Below, in pieces: positions 20,365 to 34,547 of a DNA stretch of 64,000 nt. The notes under the pieces are model-generated. The model was not told the DNA's origin, did not search any database, and was given only the letters and a program-made list of their open reading frames with translations. The position numbers and the translations under genes were made by a program. How positions within the stretch are numbered: position 1 is the stretch's first letter; each line of letters opens with the position of its first letter. The DNA is from Anaerolineales bacterium (lineage in GTDB: Bacteria > Chloroflexota > Anaerolineae > Anaerolineales > UBA11579), in the NCBI GenBank assembly GCA_019454165.1, contig CP075367.1:352-64351 (forward strand). Reading direction: 5' to 3'.

Positions 20365-21381
20365 ATGGCTACACAAGAGTTTGAAGGTTTTTCATTACGT
20401 CCAGTGGTCGTTGAAGATGTTGTCGCCGTGACCAATGTCATCAACCAGTTTTCGAAAGTTTTTGCCGGGCTGGAAGAAGAGGCCGTCGAGGAAGTGCTGG
20501 GCTTCTGGAAGACACCTGGAATTGATCTGCAGCAGGACATGCGCGCCCTGATCTCGCCCAGTGGAGAGATGGTGGGCTACGCCGAAGCGCTTGCCTGGAA
20601 TGAGGTGCCGGTGAACCCGTACATATTCCAGCGTGTCGTGCCGGCCCTGGTGGGCACGCCTGCCCAGCGCATGCTGCTGGATTGGGCTATCGAACGCTGC
20701 AAGGACGCGCTGGCCCGCGTGCCGAAAGACCTTCGCGTGGCGATCGGTCTGCACGCCATCGCAGGCGTGCCGGCGCAGCACGATCTGCTCACGGCGCGCG
20801 GGTTCAAGCTGACCCGGCATGTCTTTGAAATGGGCGTCGACTTTGAGGCCGCGCCGTCCGCGACCACCTGGCCAGACGGGATTGAGCTGCGACCATTTGA
20901 AGTGGAGCGCGACCTGGCGACTGTCTACAAAGCGCACGACGAAGCCTTCTCAGATCACTTCGGCCATGTGGATGAGCCGCTCGAGGCTGGGCTCAAGCGC
21001 TTCCGCCATCTCATGGTGGAGGAAGGCTCCGAGTTCGACCCGGCGCTATGGTTCATCGCCATGCATGGCGATGAAGTGGCCGGCTACCTGGTGGGTCGCA
21101 AAAAGCCGCACAACGAAGGCCACCTGGGCTGGATCAGTATCCTGGGCGTGCGCCGCGCCTGGCGCAAGCACGGCCTTGGCCTGGCGCTGCTGCAGCATGC
21201 CTTTGGCGAGTTTTACAAGCGCGGCTGGATGCGGGCGGAGCTGGATGTGGACGCCGGCAGCCTGACCGGCGCGGTGCGCCTGTATGAGCGGGCCGGTATG
21301 CGCGAAGTGCGCCGCCACGACCGCTATGAATTGGAATTAAGACCTGGGAAGGAGTTGATGACCACCGACATAAGCAACTAG
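20365..21381 (+). CDS. two-domain GNAT family N-acetyltransferase (MshD-like architecture)
   Basis: 338 aa. The acetyl-CoA motif is VRRAWRKHGLGLALL in the C-terminal half. The N-terminal half is also GNAT-sized. An AGGAGAG SD lies at 20354..20360. Confidence 0.8.
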   Translation: MATQEFEGFSLRPVVVEDVVAVTNVINQFSKVFAGLEEEAVEEVLGFWKTPGIDLQQDMRALISPSGEMVGYAEALAWNEVPVNPYIFQRVVPALVGTPAQRMLLDWAIERCKDALARVPKDLRVAIGLHAIAGVPAQHDLLTARGFKLTRHVFEMGVDFEAAPSATTWPDGIELRPFEVERDLATVYKAHDEAFSDHFGHVDEPLEAGLKRFRHLMVEEGSEFDPALWFIAMHGDEVAGYLVGRKKPHNEGHLGWISILGVRRAWRKHGLGLALLQHAFGEFYKRGWMRAELDVDAGSLTGAVRLYERAGMREVRRHDRYELELRPGKELMTTDISN

Positions 21382-21401
21382 AGACTGCACACAAAACCAA
21401 C

Positions 21402-21435
21402 ACAACAGCGCCGGCTTTTGCCGGCGTTGTTGTTT
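21402..21435 (+). terminator. intrinsic terminator after the GNAT gene
   Basis: A 14-bp stem, ACAACAGCGCCGGC-TTTT-GCCGGCGTTGTTGT, with a short T run. Confidence 0.6.
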
Positions 21436-21475
21436 AAGCTGCCGTTATACTACGCAGAAGAAAGAGAGTGCACCC

Positions 21476-22447
21476 ATGGAATACAGACAATTTGGCAAAC
21501 ATGATCTGAAAGTGAGCGAGATCGGCCACGGCCTTTGGGGTATGGGCGGTTGGAGCGACGCCGATGACAAGCAGTCCATGGCCGCGCTGGAGCGCTCGCT
21601 GGAACTTGGGTGCAATTTCTTCGACACCGCATGGGCTTACGGTTCGGGCCACAGTGAACGGCTGCTGGGCCAGCTGATCCGCAATCATCCCGATGCCGAG
21701 ATCATCGTGGCCACCAAAGTGCCGCCCAAGAACGGCAAGTGGCCGGCTGACCCGGGCGACAAGCTGCAAGACGCCTTCCCCGCCCAGCACATCATTGAGC
21801 TCACCAAGCGCAGCCTGGAGAACCTGGGCACTGACAGCGTGCATTTGCAGCAGCTACATGTATGGGATGACAACTGGGCTGACGACCCGGAATGGATCGA
21901 GGCTGCTCAGCGCTTGAAAGAAGAAGGGCTGATCAAACTGTTCGGCCTGAGCCTGAACCGCTGGGAGCCCTGGAACGGCCTCAAAGCCATCCGCACCGGC
22001 GCGGTGGATGCTGTGCAGGTGATCTACAACATCTTTGACCAGGCGCCCGAAGACCAGTTGTTCCCGCTGTGTCAGGAGATGGGCGTTGGTGTGTTGGCAC
22101 GCGTTCCGCTCGACGAGGGCGGCCTGAGTGGCAAACTGACCCTGGACACCAAGTTCGCCGAAGATGATTGGCGCTCCGGCTACTTTGGGCCTGAGAACCT
22201 GAAGCCCACCGTGGAGCGGGCTGAGGCGCTCAAACCCTTGCTGCCTCAGGGCATGTCGCTGCCCGAGATGGCATTGCGCTTCGTCCTAGCCCACCCGGCC
22301 GTCAGCACAACCATCCCCGGGATGCGCAAGCTGGAGCATGTGGAACAAAACATTGCTTTGAGTGATGGGCAGGCATTGCCGGCGGAGTTGCTGCAGCAGC
22401 TTAAGGCGCACCGCTGGGACCGCAAAGTAGCCCCCTGGTCTGACTAA
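21476..22447 (+). CDS. aldo/keto reductase
   Basis: 323 aa. FFDTAWAYGSGHSERLLG, the LQQLHVWD region and the C-terminal IPGMRKLEHVEQN are typical AKR motifs. Confidence 0.9.
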   Translation: MEYRQFGKHDLKVSEIGHGLWGMGGWSDADDKQSMAALERSLELGCNFFDTAWAYGSGHSERLLGQLIRNHPDAEIIVATKVPPKNGKWPADPGDKLQDAFPAQHIIELTKRSLENLGTDSVHLQQLHVWDDNWADDPEWIEAAQRLKEEGLIKLFGLSLNRWEPWNGLKAIRTGAVDAVQVIYNIFDQAPEDQLFPLCQEMGVGVLARVPLDEGGLSGKLTLDTKFAEDDWRSGYFGPENLKPTVERAEALKPLLPQGMSLPEMALRFVLAHPAVSTTIPGMRKLEHVEQNIALSDGQALPAELLQQLKAHRWDRKVAPWSD

Positions 22448-23076
22448 CTTTCCGGGGTAGGCTGCTCTTCGGCCACAGTTCGCAGTTCGGCCGCCATGTA
22501 GGGAACCTGCTCGGGATCGCACCAGATCACGATGGTGCGGTAGTGTGAGAGCATCACCCCTTCGGGTAGCTCGAACTGCTGGTCGGACACTCCGTCCAGC
22601 AAACCCAGGTCTAGGCTTTCTTCTACATGCGCCGCGGTGAATTCCTCGGCTGGGTCTGCGTTGGTGAGCAGCACGTGCAGATCTGTACGGTACTCGACTT
22701 CGATACCTTCCAGGCTGAGCACCTGCTCGCCGCTTTCCAGCGCATACACCTCGGCGCTGCCGCTGCCCACATAATTCAGGGCGACAAAATCACCCACAGC
22801 CAGCAATTGCGCCTCTGCAAGGGCCGAGCCTACAGTTTCCACTGTGATGGTTTCTGTTGGCGCCAATGTAGCCGTGGGCAGACGCGGGGTGGCGCTGGCC
22901 ATAACGGCCAACGTGGGGAAAGTTACGTAAGCTTGGCGGCTGGTGAACAGCGGGGAGATGAGATACCAGGCAAGGGACGAACCCAAAAGGGCCGCTCCAA
23001 GCACCGCCAGGCGCACTTCTGGTCTTTTAAGCATGGAGCGCGGATTATAGCTGACGGGCAGTCCGCCGCGTGACAA
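22444..23076 (-). CDS. membrane-anchored hypothetical protein, possibly DM13-domain
   Basis: 210 aa. It has an N-terminal TM helix (LAVLGAALLGSSLAWYLI). The C-terminal part (GDFVALNYVGSGSAEVYALESGEQVLSLEGIEVEYRTDLHVLL) resembles the DM13 pattern from memory. The start may be the internal MLKRPEV. Confidence 0.45.
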   Translation of the reverse strand: MSRGGLPVSYNPRSMLKRPEVRLAVLGAALLGSSLAWYLISPLFTSRQAYVTFPTLAVMASATPRLPTATLAPTETITVETVGSALAEAQLLAVGDFVALNYVGSGSAEVYALESGEQVLSLEGIEVEYRTDLHVLLTNADPAEEFTAAHVEESLDLGLLDGVSDQQFELPEGVMLSHYRTIVIWCDPEQVPYMAAELRTVAEEQPTPES

Positions 23077-23082
23077 TTAGGT

Positions 23083-25449
23083 TTAGGGTTGTGTGAGAGG
23101 TGCCAGCGCGGCTGAGCGCTCTGCGCTCAACCAAAGGGTGTATCCATCGGTTTCAGCACGCAGCCAACCTAATTCAGAGGCTTGCAGCAAGGCATGCCCC
23201 TGCAGGGCAGTTAGCTGCTCATGCTGCAGTTGGCCATCATTGGCCAGCCAGTAGGCCTGCGCATCCAACGAGGCCAACCAGCGTGCCGGATTGAGCGGGG
23301 CATACCCGCCATCGGCCAACAGCATGATGTCTACTCCCTGAACAGATTGTTGTTCAAACTGAGCCAGCTGATCTGCATCCAGGCCGAGCGGCAACAGGGC
23401 TTGGAAGTCGTGCCAGCTGATCAGCACAGTGGCCCCACGCGGGCCTATGCCCACAACTTGCAGCTGCGCGCCATCTCCCAGATCCATGACCTGGCCGGCT
23501 GCAAGCTCGTGTGTCGTCATGCCAGCAGCTTCCAGATTGGCGAGTAACTGTTCGAACGCGGCGGGCGGCCATTGGTGCGCCCAGGCTACCTGGGCAATGT
23601 GGAGGTGCTCTATTCCGGACTGAAGCCCGTTGGTCTGCTGCGCACGTTCGCCCAGCACCAGCAGCCAATCCAGCTGGCGGGCAAATGGCGGCAGATGCTG
23701 CCCAAGCTGGCTGGAAAGCTCCACCGCGCTAGCGCCGCCATTGATCAGCAGGTTGCGGCCCGTGGGCGTACGCACCAGCAGAGCTTCGCCGGGTACATTG
23801 AGGAGTGTGATCGCCAACCGTCCGCTGGGTGCAGAGAACACCAGGCCCCAGGCGCCAAAGGCAACTGCTGCCAGCGCCACGGCCGGCAGGGCTGGCCGCA
23901 GTTGCAAGCTGCGCACTGCGTTGCGCACCGGGGCCAGGCTGACCGCAAGCACGGCCGCATAGTAAGCCAGCACCATCGCCATGCTGAAGACGCCCACCTG
24001 GTAAGCCGCCCAACTGGGGCTGGCCAGCCATTCCACAGTGCGGATCGTCAGCAGCGCCAGCGGCCAGGCGACCAATGCGAGGAGCTGCCCAAGGACCGGA
24101 ATTACCAGGCCAGCGAGCAGCGACAGGCCACCAAAGATCAGGATCGCTGGCTGCAACGGCAGGATGAGAATATTGGCTGGCAGGGCAACCAAGGACAGGC
24201 GCCCAAAATGGTGCAGCAACAGTGGCAGAGTAAGCAGCTGTGCAGCCAAGGTGAGCAGCACATACTCATACAGCGGCCCTTTGATTCGGGCAGCCCAGGC
24301 GGCTGGCAGCCAACGCTCCAGTTGGGCGGAGACCCATGTCTGCAAGGGTTGTGCGTATACAAGCAAGCCCAAGGTTGCTGAGAAGGAAAGCTGAAAGCCA
24401 ACATCCCAAAGCACCAGCGGATTGATCAGCGCCATCAGCGCGGCGGTGAAGGCCAATGTGTTCAGACTATGCTGCTCGCGCCCGGTGACCTGTGAACCGA
24501 GCACGACCAAGCCCATGATGGCGGCCCGCACCACGGAAGCCTGAGCGCCCACCAGCAGCGTATATACAACAATGCAAACCGCAGCCAGCCACAGCCCCTT
24601 GCGCTTGCCGAACCAGCGCGCAAAAAAGGCCAGCGCCAGGCCGGCGATGATGCTGATGTTGAAGCCAGAGATCGCCACAATATGACGCGTGGCGGTATCG
24701 TTGAAGTCTTCTTTCAGCGTCTGGCTGATGCCGCTCTCGTCGCCCAGCAGGATGCCGGCCAGCAAACTGGCAACCGGGTCAGGGTACAGGCGATGCAACT
24801 CATCGACCCCGCGGGCACGGAACGTATGCAGCAAGCCCTGCAGGCCGCCGCCCTCACCGGCCGCCAGGCGCTGTGCCGACGCGAAGGGCATGAGGCTGTG
24901 CACGCCCTGGCGCGCCAGATAAAGCCGATAGGAGTCATCCGCCGTGTCTCCTGGCGTGCGCAGGCGGCCGCTGAGCTTTACGGAGTCCCCATAAGCCCAG
25001 CGTTCACCCAGGCTTGTACGGGCCAACACCTGGCCAGAAATGGGCTGCGTTCCCTCGCCCAGATCGATCTGCTCGACATCTACCCAGAGCTCAATGTAGG
25101 TGTCGCGGTACACCGGCGGGCGGCTGAGGGTGCCCCACACGGTTACTGAGCTCTCAGTTTCGTTGTAATAGATCAGGGTGTCTGTTGAGACTGCGGGCTG
25201 AGCCGCCTGGTAGCGCAACGCACCCACGCACAGCAGGAGAAAAGCGAGGGCGGCCAAGCGAGCCAATATGCCCAGCTTGCGCCAGCCAACGGTCAGGATC
25301 AAGACTGCCAGCAGCCCCAAGACAAGCCACAAGCTCATGGTGGCAGTCGCCAGCCCGGCTGCAGCAACAATGCCCAGCACGAACGCGAGACTGATCCATA
25401 AGAGCGGAAGCTCAATCAGGTGCGTAGTAAGAGTCTGTTTGGTGTCCAC
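23083..25449 (-). CDS. comEC: DNA internalization competence protein ComEC/Rec2
   Basis: 788 aa and polytopic. The competence-domain core is ATRHIVAISGFNISIIAGL. There is a C-terminal metallo-beta-lactamase-like region. Confidence 0.9.
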   Translation of the reverse strand: MDTKQTLTTHLIELPLLWISLAFVLGIVAAAGLATATMSLWLVLGLLAVLILTVGWRKLGILARLAALAFLLLCVGALRYQAAQPAVSTDTLIYYNETESSVTVWGTLSRPPVYRDTYIELWVDVEQIDLGEGTQPISGQVLARTSLGERWAYGDSVKLSGRLRTPGDTADDSYRLYLARQGVHSLMPFASAQRLAAGEGGGLQGLLHTFRARGVDELHRLYPDPVASLLAGILLGDESGISQTLKEDFNDTATRHIVAISGFNISIIAGLALAFFARWFGKRKGLWLAAVCIVVYTLLVGAQASVVRAAIMGLVVLGSQVTGREQHSLNTLAFTAALMALINPLVLWDVGFQLSFSATLGLLVYAQPLQTWVSAQLERWLPAAWAARIKGPLYEYVLLTLAAQLLTLPLLLHHFGRLSLVALPANILILPLQPAILIFGGLSLLAGLVIPVLGQLLALVAWPLALLTIRTVEWLASPSWAAYQVGVFSMAMVLAYYAAVLAVSLAPVRNAVRSLQLRPALPAVALAAVAFGAWGLVFSAPSGRLAITLLNVPGEALLVRTPTGRNLLINGGASAVELSSQLGQHLPPFARQLDWLLVLGERAQQTNGLQSGIEHLHIAQVAWAHQWPPAAFEQLLANLEAAGMTTHELAAGQVMDLGDGAQLQVVGIGPRGATVLISWHDFQALLPLGLDADQLAQFEQQSVQGVDIMLLADGGYAPLNPARWLASLDAQAYWLANDGQLQHEQLTALQGHALLQASELGWLRAETDGYTLWLSAERSAALAPLTQP

Positions 25450-25540
25450 CTGGCCGAAATTATAATCAGCGGCGGTTGGGGCAGCTGGAACAGTGACTCC
25501 AGTAGCCGCAGCAGCTTACTATTTGCTGCCCTGGCTGATA

Positions 25541-25578
25541 TTAAAACAACAAACGCCCGCCGGATTCGGCGGGCGTTT
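25541..25578 (-). terminator. rRNA operon intrinsic terminator
   Basis: On the minus strand, AACGCCCGCC-GAATC-CGGCGGGCGTT is followed by TGTTGTTTT, immediately downstream of 5S. Confidence 0.7.
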
Positions 25579-25617
25579 TATGCAGTGCAATACTGCGATA
25601 GTGTTAAAAGAAAAGTC

Positions 25618-25737
25618 CCTTGGCAATGACCTACTCTCCCAGGGGGCTGCCCCCCAAGTACCATCGGCGCTAACGAGCTTAACTACCGGGTTCGAGATGG
25701 GACCGGGTGTACCCTCGTTGCAAAGATCACCAAGAGA
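25618..25737 (-). rRNA. rrf: 5S rRNA
   Basis: The reverse complement reads TCTTGGTGATCTTTGCAACGAGGGTACACCCGGTCCCATCTCGAACCCGGTAGTTAAGCTCGTTAGCGCCGATGGTACTTGGGG..GGGAGAGTAGGTCATTGCCAAGG. The ends are approximate. Confidence 0.92.
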
Positions 25738-25815
25738 CTATTTCACAAGTCTGGTTACTGAATAATGACCCTAAATTAGGTGCTGCACGGAAAATCTTCG
25801 AGTTCTCCACACTAC

Positions 25816-28785
<2,970 letters not shown>

Positions 28786-29263
28786 ATATGGTAATGTGGA
28801 GAAATCGAAAATTTTCCGCAACAAGGGCAAATCAAAAGTGAAACCCGAAGGGTTTGCTTTTGATACGACCCATGTTGTTTGATTTGTTTCATTTGATGAT
28901 GCTTTAAGGATCATTATTCAGTTTGTAAAGTGCACACGAGCGTTGTTCTGCTCGCCTTAGGCTTGCCCTGCGATCGTCAGACCGCAAGACGCACCCGCTG
29001 ATGCCGGCGTCAATAGCCGGCCTGGATCCCCAAAACAGGGCGCCAGGTTGGCCATTCACACACACTTTTACTTGTTAATTCGGGCACCTTAGACAGAAGG
29101 GCCCGGCGCAACGCCGGGCCCTTGAAGAGTTAGGCTCTTGCGTTACGACTATTTGAGTTAGGAAACCACCAGTTCTACGATCAGAACAATTCTCCGTTTT
29201 TGCTGCATCTACTGCATTATACCTGCCTCACCTTCACTTGTGAAGGTGTCCACTCCAGAAGAG

Positions 29264-29336
<73 letters not shown>

Positions 29337-29355
29337 GGGCCCCTGGCCGGTAGAG

Positions 29356-29429
29356 TGGGCCTGAGAGGATTCGAACCTCTGACCTCTGCGTTATCAGCAC
29401 AGCGCTCTAACCAACTGAGCTACAGGCCC
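29356..29429 (-). tRNA. tRNA-Ile (GAU)
   Basis: The reverse complement is GGGCCTGTAGCTCAGTTGGTTAGAGCGCTGTGCTGATAACGCAGAGGTCAGAGGTTCGAATCCTCTCAGGCCCA. CCA is not encoded. Confidence 0.95.
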
Positions 29430-29730
29430 TTGCGTTGCAATCTTTCTGCAGCGCAGTTTGCCACATGGTTACCCGCGGCAGCACAAAAACCGGCTCGGCG
29501 CAGCCGAGTGGTTTTTGTAGCACAGCGAGCAGCTTTGCTGCGAGGCTGGGCACTTAACCGCTGAATAGTGATAAGAAGAAGGGCTTGCGCTGCCGCACAC
29601 CTGTGAGAAGGTGATTGGCTTCGCCCCACCACCGCAGTGGGACTTGGCGTCACTTGCGTGTACGCCTCATGTGGAGAGTGGAGAAACACCTCTGCACCAC
29701 GAAAGTGCTGGAGGGTTCTCAATGCTCCAG

Positions 29731-31236
<1,506 letters not shown>

Positions 31237-31356
31237 AAAGTACATCCGAAGATGTACATAGATACATCTCTATGCGGTTAGTCAAAGAAAACGCAAGCTA
31301 TCTTTACTTCTTATCACTATTCAGATGTTAAGGTCCGGCGCATACACAGGGGCGGG

Positions 31357-31385
31357 ATTCTACCCACACACTGATGGCCTGTCAA
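31357..31385 (-). promoter_or_regulatory. rRNA promoter P2 (TTGACA-17-TAGAAT)
   Basis: On the minus strand, TTGACA (31385..31380), a 17-nt spacer, then TAGAAT (31362..31357), about 120 nt upstream of 16S. Confidence 0.55.
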
Positions 31386-31507
31386 GGCTGGTAGACATGA
31401 AAAGTCCCGATGCCAAAAGGCAGTCGGGGCCTTCGTCGCTGGACATTGTTCAGTTGTTAGGGGAATGCTGTACTGCTACAGATATTCCGGCTACCAAATG
31501 CTGGGAC

Positions 31508-31535
31508 ATTATATGCAGAATTTCACAAATAGCAA
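31508..31535 (-). promoter_or_regulatory. rRNA promoter P1 (TTGCTA-16-TATAAT)
   Basis: On the minus strand, TTGCTA (31535..31530), a 16-nt spacer, then TATAAT (31513..31508). An AT-rich UP-like tract lies at 31536..31566 and overlaps the recR stop. Confidence 0.55.
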
Positions 31536-31556
31536 GCATTTCTGAAAGTTTTAAGA

Positions 31557-32159
31557 TTACATATTTTGCCGGCCAGCCAGCGCCCGCAATAGCGTGCTTT
31601 GATCTGCATACTCCAAGTCGCCGCCCATGGGCAGGCCGCGCGCCAGCCGGGTGACGCGCACGCCCAGCGGGGCGATCTGCTGCTGCAGGTACATGGCTGT
31701 GGCGTCACCTTCCATGCTGGGGTTGGTGGCTACGATCAACTCCTGCACCTGGCCGGTTTTGAGTCTTTGCAAAAGCTCAGCGATCTTGAGATCCTCGGGG
31801 CCTACGCCTTCGATCGGCGAGAGCGCCCCACCCAGCACATGGTACAGACCGCGGTAGCCTTGGGTGCGCTCGATGGCGAGTACATCCAGCGGCTCCTCCA
31901 CAACGCACAACAATGCCTTCTCGCGCTCGGGGTGATTACAGATCGGGCACAACTCCTCACCCGCGGCGGTGATGTTGAAGCATAGCCCGCAGGTGGCCGT
32001 GCCCGAGCGCAGAGCGCCCAAAGCCTTGGACAGCTCATCGGGCAGCGCGCCATCACCGCGCAGCAAAAAGAAAGTCAGGCGCGAGGCCGTCTTCGGCCCC
32101 ACGCCTGGCAATCTGGCGAACGCCTCGATCACGCGCTGAATCGGTTCGGGCAGTAACAC
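31557..32159 (-). CDS. recR: recombination protein RecR
   Basis: 200 aa. It has an HhH (LPGVGPKTASRL), a C4 zinc finger (CGLC..CPIC) and a Toprim region. Confidence 0.96.
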   Translation of the reverse strand: MLLPEPIQRVIEAFARLPGVGPKTASRLTFFLLRGDGALPDELSKALGALRSGTATCGLCFNITAAGEELCPICNHPEREKALLCVVEEPLDVLAIERTQGYRGLYHVLGGALSPIEGVGPEDLKIAELLQRLKTGQVQELIVATNPSMEGDATAMYLQQQIAPLGVRVTRLARGLPMGGDLEYADQSTLLRALAGRQNM

Positions 32160-32168
32160 AGGTATATC

Positions 32169-32477
32169 TTAGAAATTCAGGCCTTGCGAAAGCGGACCCA
32201 GGCGGTCCTTGGCCATCTGGCGCGAGGCTTCCAAGGCGTCGTTGAAACCTTCCGTCAGCAACTCGGCCAGTTTGGGATCCGCGGCGGCTTCCGGAGAAAT
32301 TTCCAGGCTGGTAAGGCGCTGGTCACCCGTGATGACGATCTTGATGGCACCATCCGCTACCTCCGCCGTGACAGTCTCTTTAGCAAGCTCCTTCTGCGCC
32401 TTGACCAGATCGCCCTGCAACTGGCGCAGCTGTTTGAGCATGCCACCCATATCCCCTAAACCCGGTAGTTTGTCCAT
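32169..32477 (-). CDS. ybaB: YbaB/EbfC family nucleoid-associated protein
   Basis: 102 aa. MGGMLKQLRQLQGDLVKAQKEL is present. It lies between dnaX and recR, the canonical synteny. Confidence 0.92.
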   Translation of the reverse strand: MDKLPGLGDMGGMLKQLRQLQGDLVKAQKELAKETVTAEVADGAIKIVITGDQRLTSLEISPEAAADPKLAELLTEGFNDALEASRQMAKDRLGPLSQGLNF

Positions 32478-32508
32478 GACTTATTCTCCGTATCAAAGTA
32501 TCTTCAGA

Positions 32509-34074
32509 CTACTGATCATTTGTAGTCTGGTCAGTATGATCCACGATCTCTCCACCCAGGCGCACAGCGGCCGCCACGACGCCTGAGCTATCCAAGCCAG
32601 CAGGCAATTCTGACGCGCTGGCCGTGCTTAGATAACACTGCACTTCCAGCCGGCGCTGAAAAGCCTGCTCAAGCACATCATGCAACAGCGTTAGGTTATC
32701 TGGCTTCTCCATTTTGTCTTTTAGGACATCTGTGGCAAAGCCAAGTAGCAGCTTATCCTCGCGTAAATGGCGCGCCTTGACCGAGTTAAGCAAAGCAGCC
32801 AGATTAGCGTTCTGCTGTTTGGCCAAGTCTTTGATCTTGCTCCATTGGGCCATGTCGAGGCCTTGGCCTGCGGCTGCAGGAGCTGACGCGGGCTGCGTAG
32901 CCGCCCGCGGGGCGGCGGTTGCTTGCCGCGGCGCAGCAGCAGCCTGGCCGCGCGGCGCAGGTGCGGCCGGCTGCTGCCCGGCCGCCGACGGCGCTTGCAT
33001 GGCTTCGATCAGGGCCATCTCTAATGGCAGGCCAGGTTGCCAGGCCTGGCGCACTTCGGCGGCGGCTTCGTTAAACAAGCGCAGTGTGCGCAGAATGCTG
33101 CGCGGCTCAAGCGCTTCGGCTTGCGCCTGCATGCGGCGCGCCTCGTCACCCGCAAACTCGTGGCCCAGGGGCACGTTCATGCCCAGCAACAACACACCGC
33201 GCAGCGTATCCACGATCTGGCGCGCCAGTTGGCGCGCATCGCTGCCCGTATCCAGCGCCGCCCGAATGCGCTCGAGGCCAGCGGCAGCATCATTGGCCAC
33301 CAGGGCATCGATCACACCCAGCACGGCTTCGCTGGCCGAGGTGCCGAGCACCTGCTGAGCCCAGTCCAGGCGCAGGCGTTCGCCCGGCACAGCCAGCTGG
33401 TCAAACAAGGAGATCGAGTCGCGCAGGCTGCCGGTGCCCTGGCGGGCGATCAGTTCCAGGGCGTCGCGGTCGGCTTCGACCCCTTCGTCCTTGGCGATCT
33501 TCTCCAGCTGTGCCACGGTCTCTTCGAGCGGCAGGCGCCGAAACTCATGGCGCTGGCAGCGCGAGAGCACCGTTGCGGGGATCTTGTGCATTTCCGTAGT
33601 GGCCAGAATGAAAATAGCGTGCGGTGGCGGCTCCTCCAGCGTTTTCAGCAGCGCATTGAAGGCCGCCGTGGAGAGCATATGGACTTCATCAATGATGTAG
33701 ACCTTGAAGTCGCCGTGGTTCGGTTTGAAATTGATCTTGTCGCGCAATTCGCGCACATCTTCCACACTGGTGTTGGAGGCTGCATCGATCTCGATCAGGT
33801 CCATGAAGCTGCCATTTTGGATCGCCAGGCAGTTCTCGCAAGTGCAATCCGGCCGCTGCGACAAGTCTTCATTGGTGCAGGTGATGGCTTTGGCCAACAA
33901 GCGCGCCACGCTGGTTTTGCCCGTGCCGCGCGGCCCCGAGAACAAGTAGGCGTGCCCCACCCGGTCTGCGGCAACAGCGTTGCGGAGGGTGCTGACTACA
34001 TGGGCCTGGCCGACGACATCAGACCAATTGTTAGGTCTATATTTTCGATAAAGGGAGAGAGTGGGCGCGCTCAT
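32509..34074 (-). CDS. dnaX: DNA polymerase III subunit gamma/tau
   Basis: 521 aa. Motifs present are Walker A GPRGTGKTS, a Zn module (C..CxxC), DEVHML and the SRC motif (VLSRCQRHEF). The C-terminal linker is Ala/Pro/Gln-rich. Confidence 0.95.
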   Translation of the reverse strand: MSAPTLSLYRKYRPNNWSDVVGQAHVVSTLRNAVAADRVGHAYLFSGPRGTGKTSVARLLAKAITCTNEDLSQRPDCTCENCLAIQNGSFMDLIEIDAASNTSVEDVRELRDKINFKPNHGDFKVYIIDEVHMLSTAAFNALLKTLEEPPPHAIFILATTEMHKIPATVLSRCQRHEFRRLPLEETVAQLEKIAKDEGVEADRDALELIARQGTGSLRDSISLFDQLAVPGERLRLDWAQQVLGTSASEAVLGVIDALVANDAAAGLERIRAALDTGSDARQLARQIVDTLRGVLLLGMNVPLGHEFAGDEARRMQAQAEALEPRSILRTLRLFNEAAAEVRQAWQPGLPLEMALIEAMQAPSAAGQQPAAPAPRGQAAAAPRQATAAPRAATQPASAPAAAGQGLDMAQWSKIKDLAKQQNANLAALLNSVKARHLREDKLLLGFATDVLKDKMEKPDNLTLLHDVLEQAFQRRLEVQCYLSTASASELPAGLDSSGVVAAAVRLGGEIVDHTDQTTNDQ

Positions 34075-34106
34075 GGAACCGTCTTAGTGTAACAGAGGCA
34101 CAATAC

Positions 34107-34538
34107 TCACTCACTGAAAGCCGCAAGCTCATCAGACACATTAATCTTTGGGCGATGAAAACGGGGAAGCGGCACGGTCAGGTTGTGATCTGAAATGCGC
34201 TTGTTCAACACTTCGGCTTTTTCGGCAAAGGCCGCGCTAGCTCGTTGCCATTCCCCTTCAACCCATTGAGCACTTTCACCTCTGGCAAGCGCTTCCTGCC
34301 GCCATTGCCACGCCAAGCCCAACGCCTGCCGGGCGGCGGCGTGCTCCGCATCGATAGACTGGCGTGCCTCTATGAAAGCAGGTGCAAAGCCGTTCTCCTT
34401 GAGCAAGTGGTAGGCCAACTGCCACCCTGGGTCTACGTATGGGTTGTCTTCGATGCTCAGGGGCTTACCTGAACCACGCAGGTTATCGAACGCCCCCTCT
34501 TCCATCGCCTTACGGATGATCTCGTCAATATTAGGCAT
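34107..34538 (-). CDS. DUF1992 (DnaJC28-like) domain protein
   Basis: 143 aa. The N-terminus IRKAMEEGAFDNLRGSGKPL is characteristic of this family. Confidence 0.6.
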   Translation of the reverse strand: MPNIDEIIRKAMEEGAFDNLRGSGKPLSIEDNPYVDPGWQLAYHLLKENGFAPAFIEARQSIDAEHAAARQALGLAWQWRQEALARGESAQWVEGEWQRASAAFAEKAEVLNKRISDHNLTVPLPRFHRPKINVSDELAAFSE

Positions 34539-34547
34539 AGTAAAACA

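Noticed and set aside
32509-34074. A programmed -1 frameshift site in dnaX (A AAA AAG type) producing gamma.
   Set aside because: I saw no A-rich slippery heptamer (CTTTTTT on the + strand) within the gene by eye. This cannot be excluded without a systematic scan.
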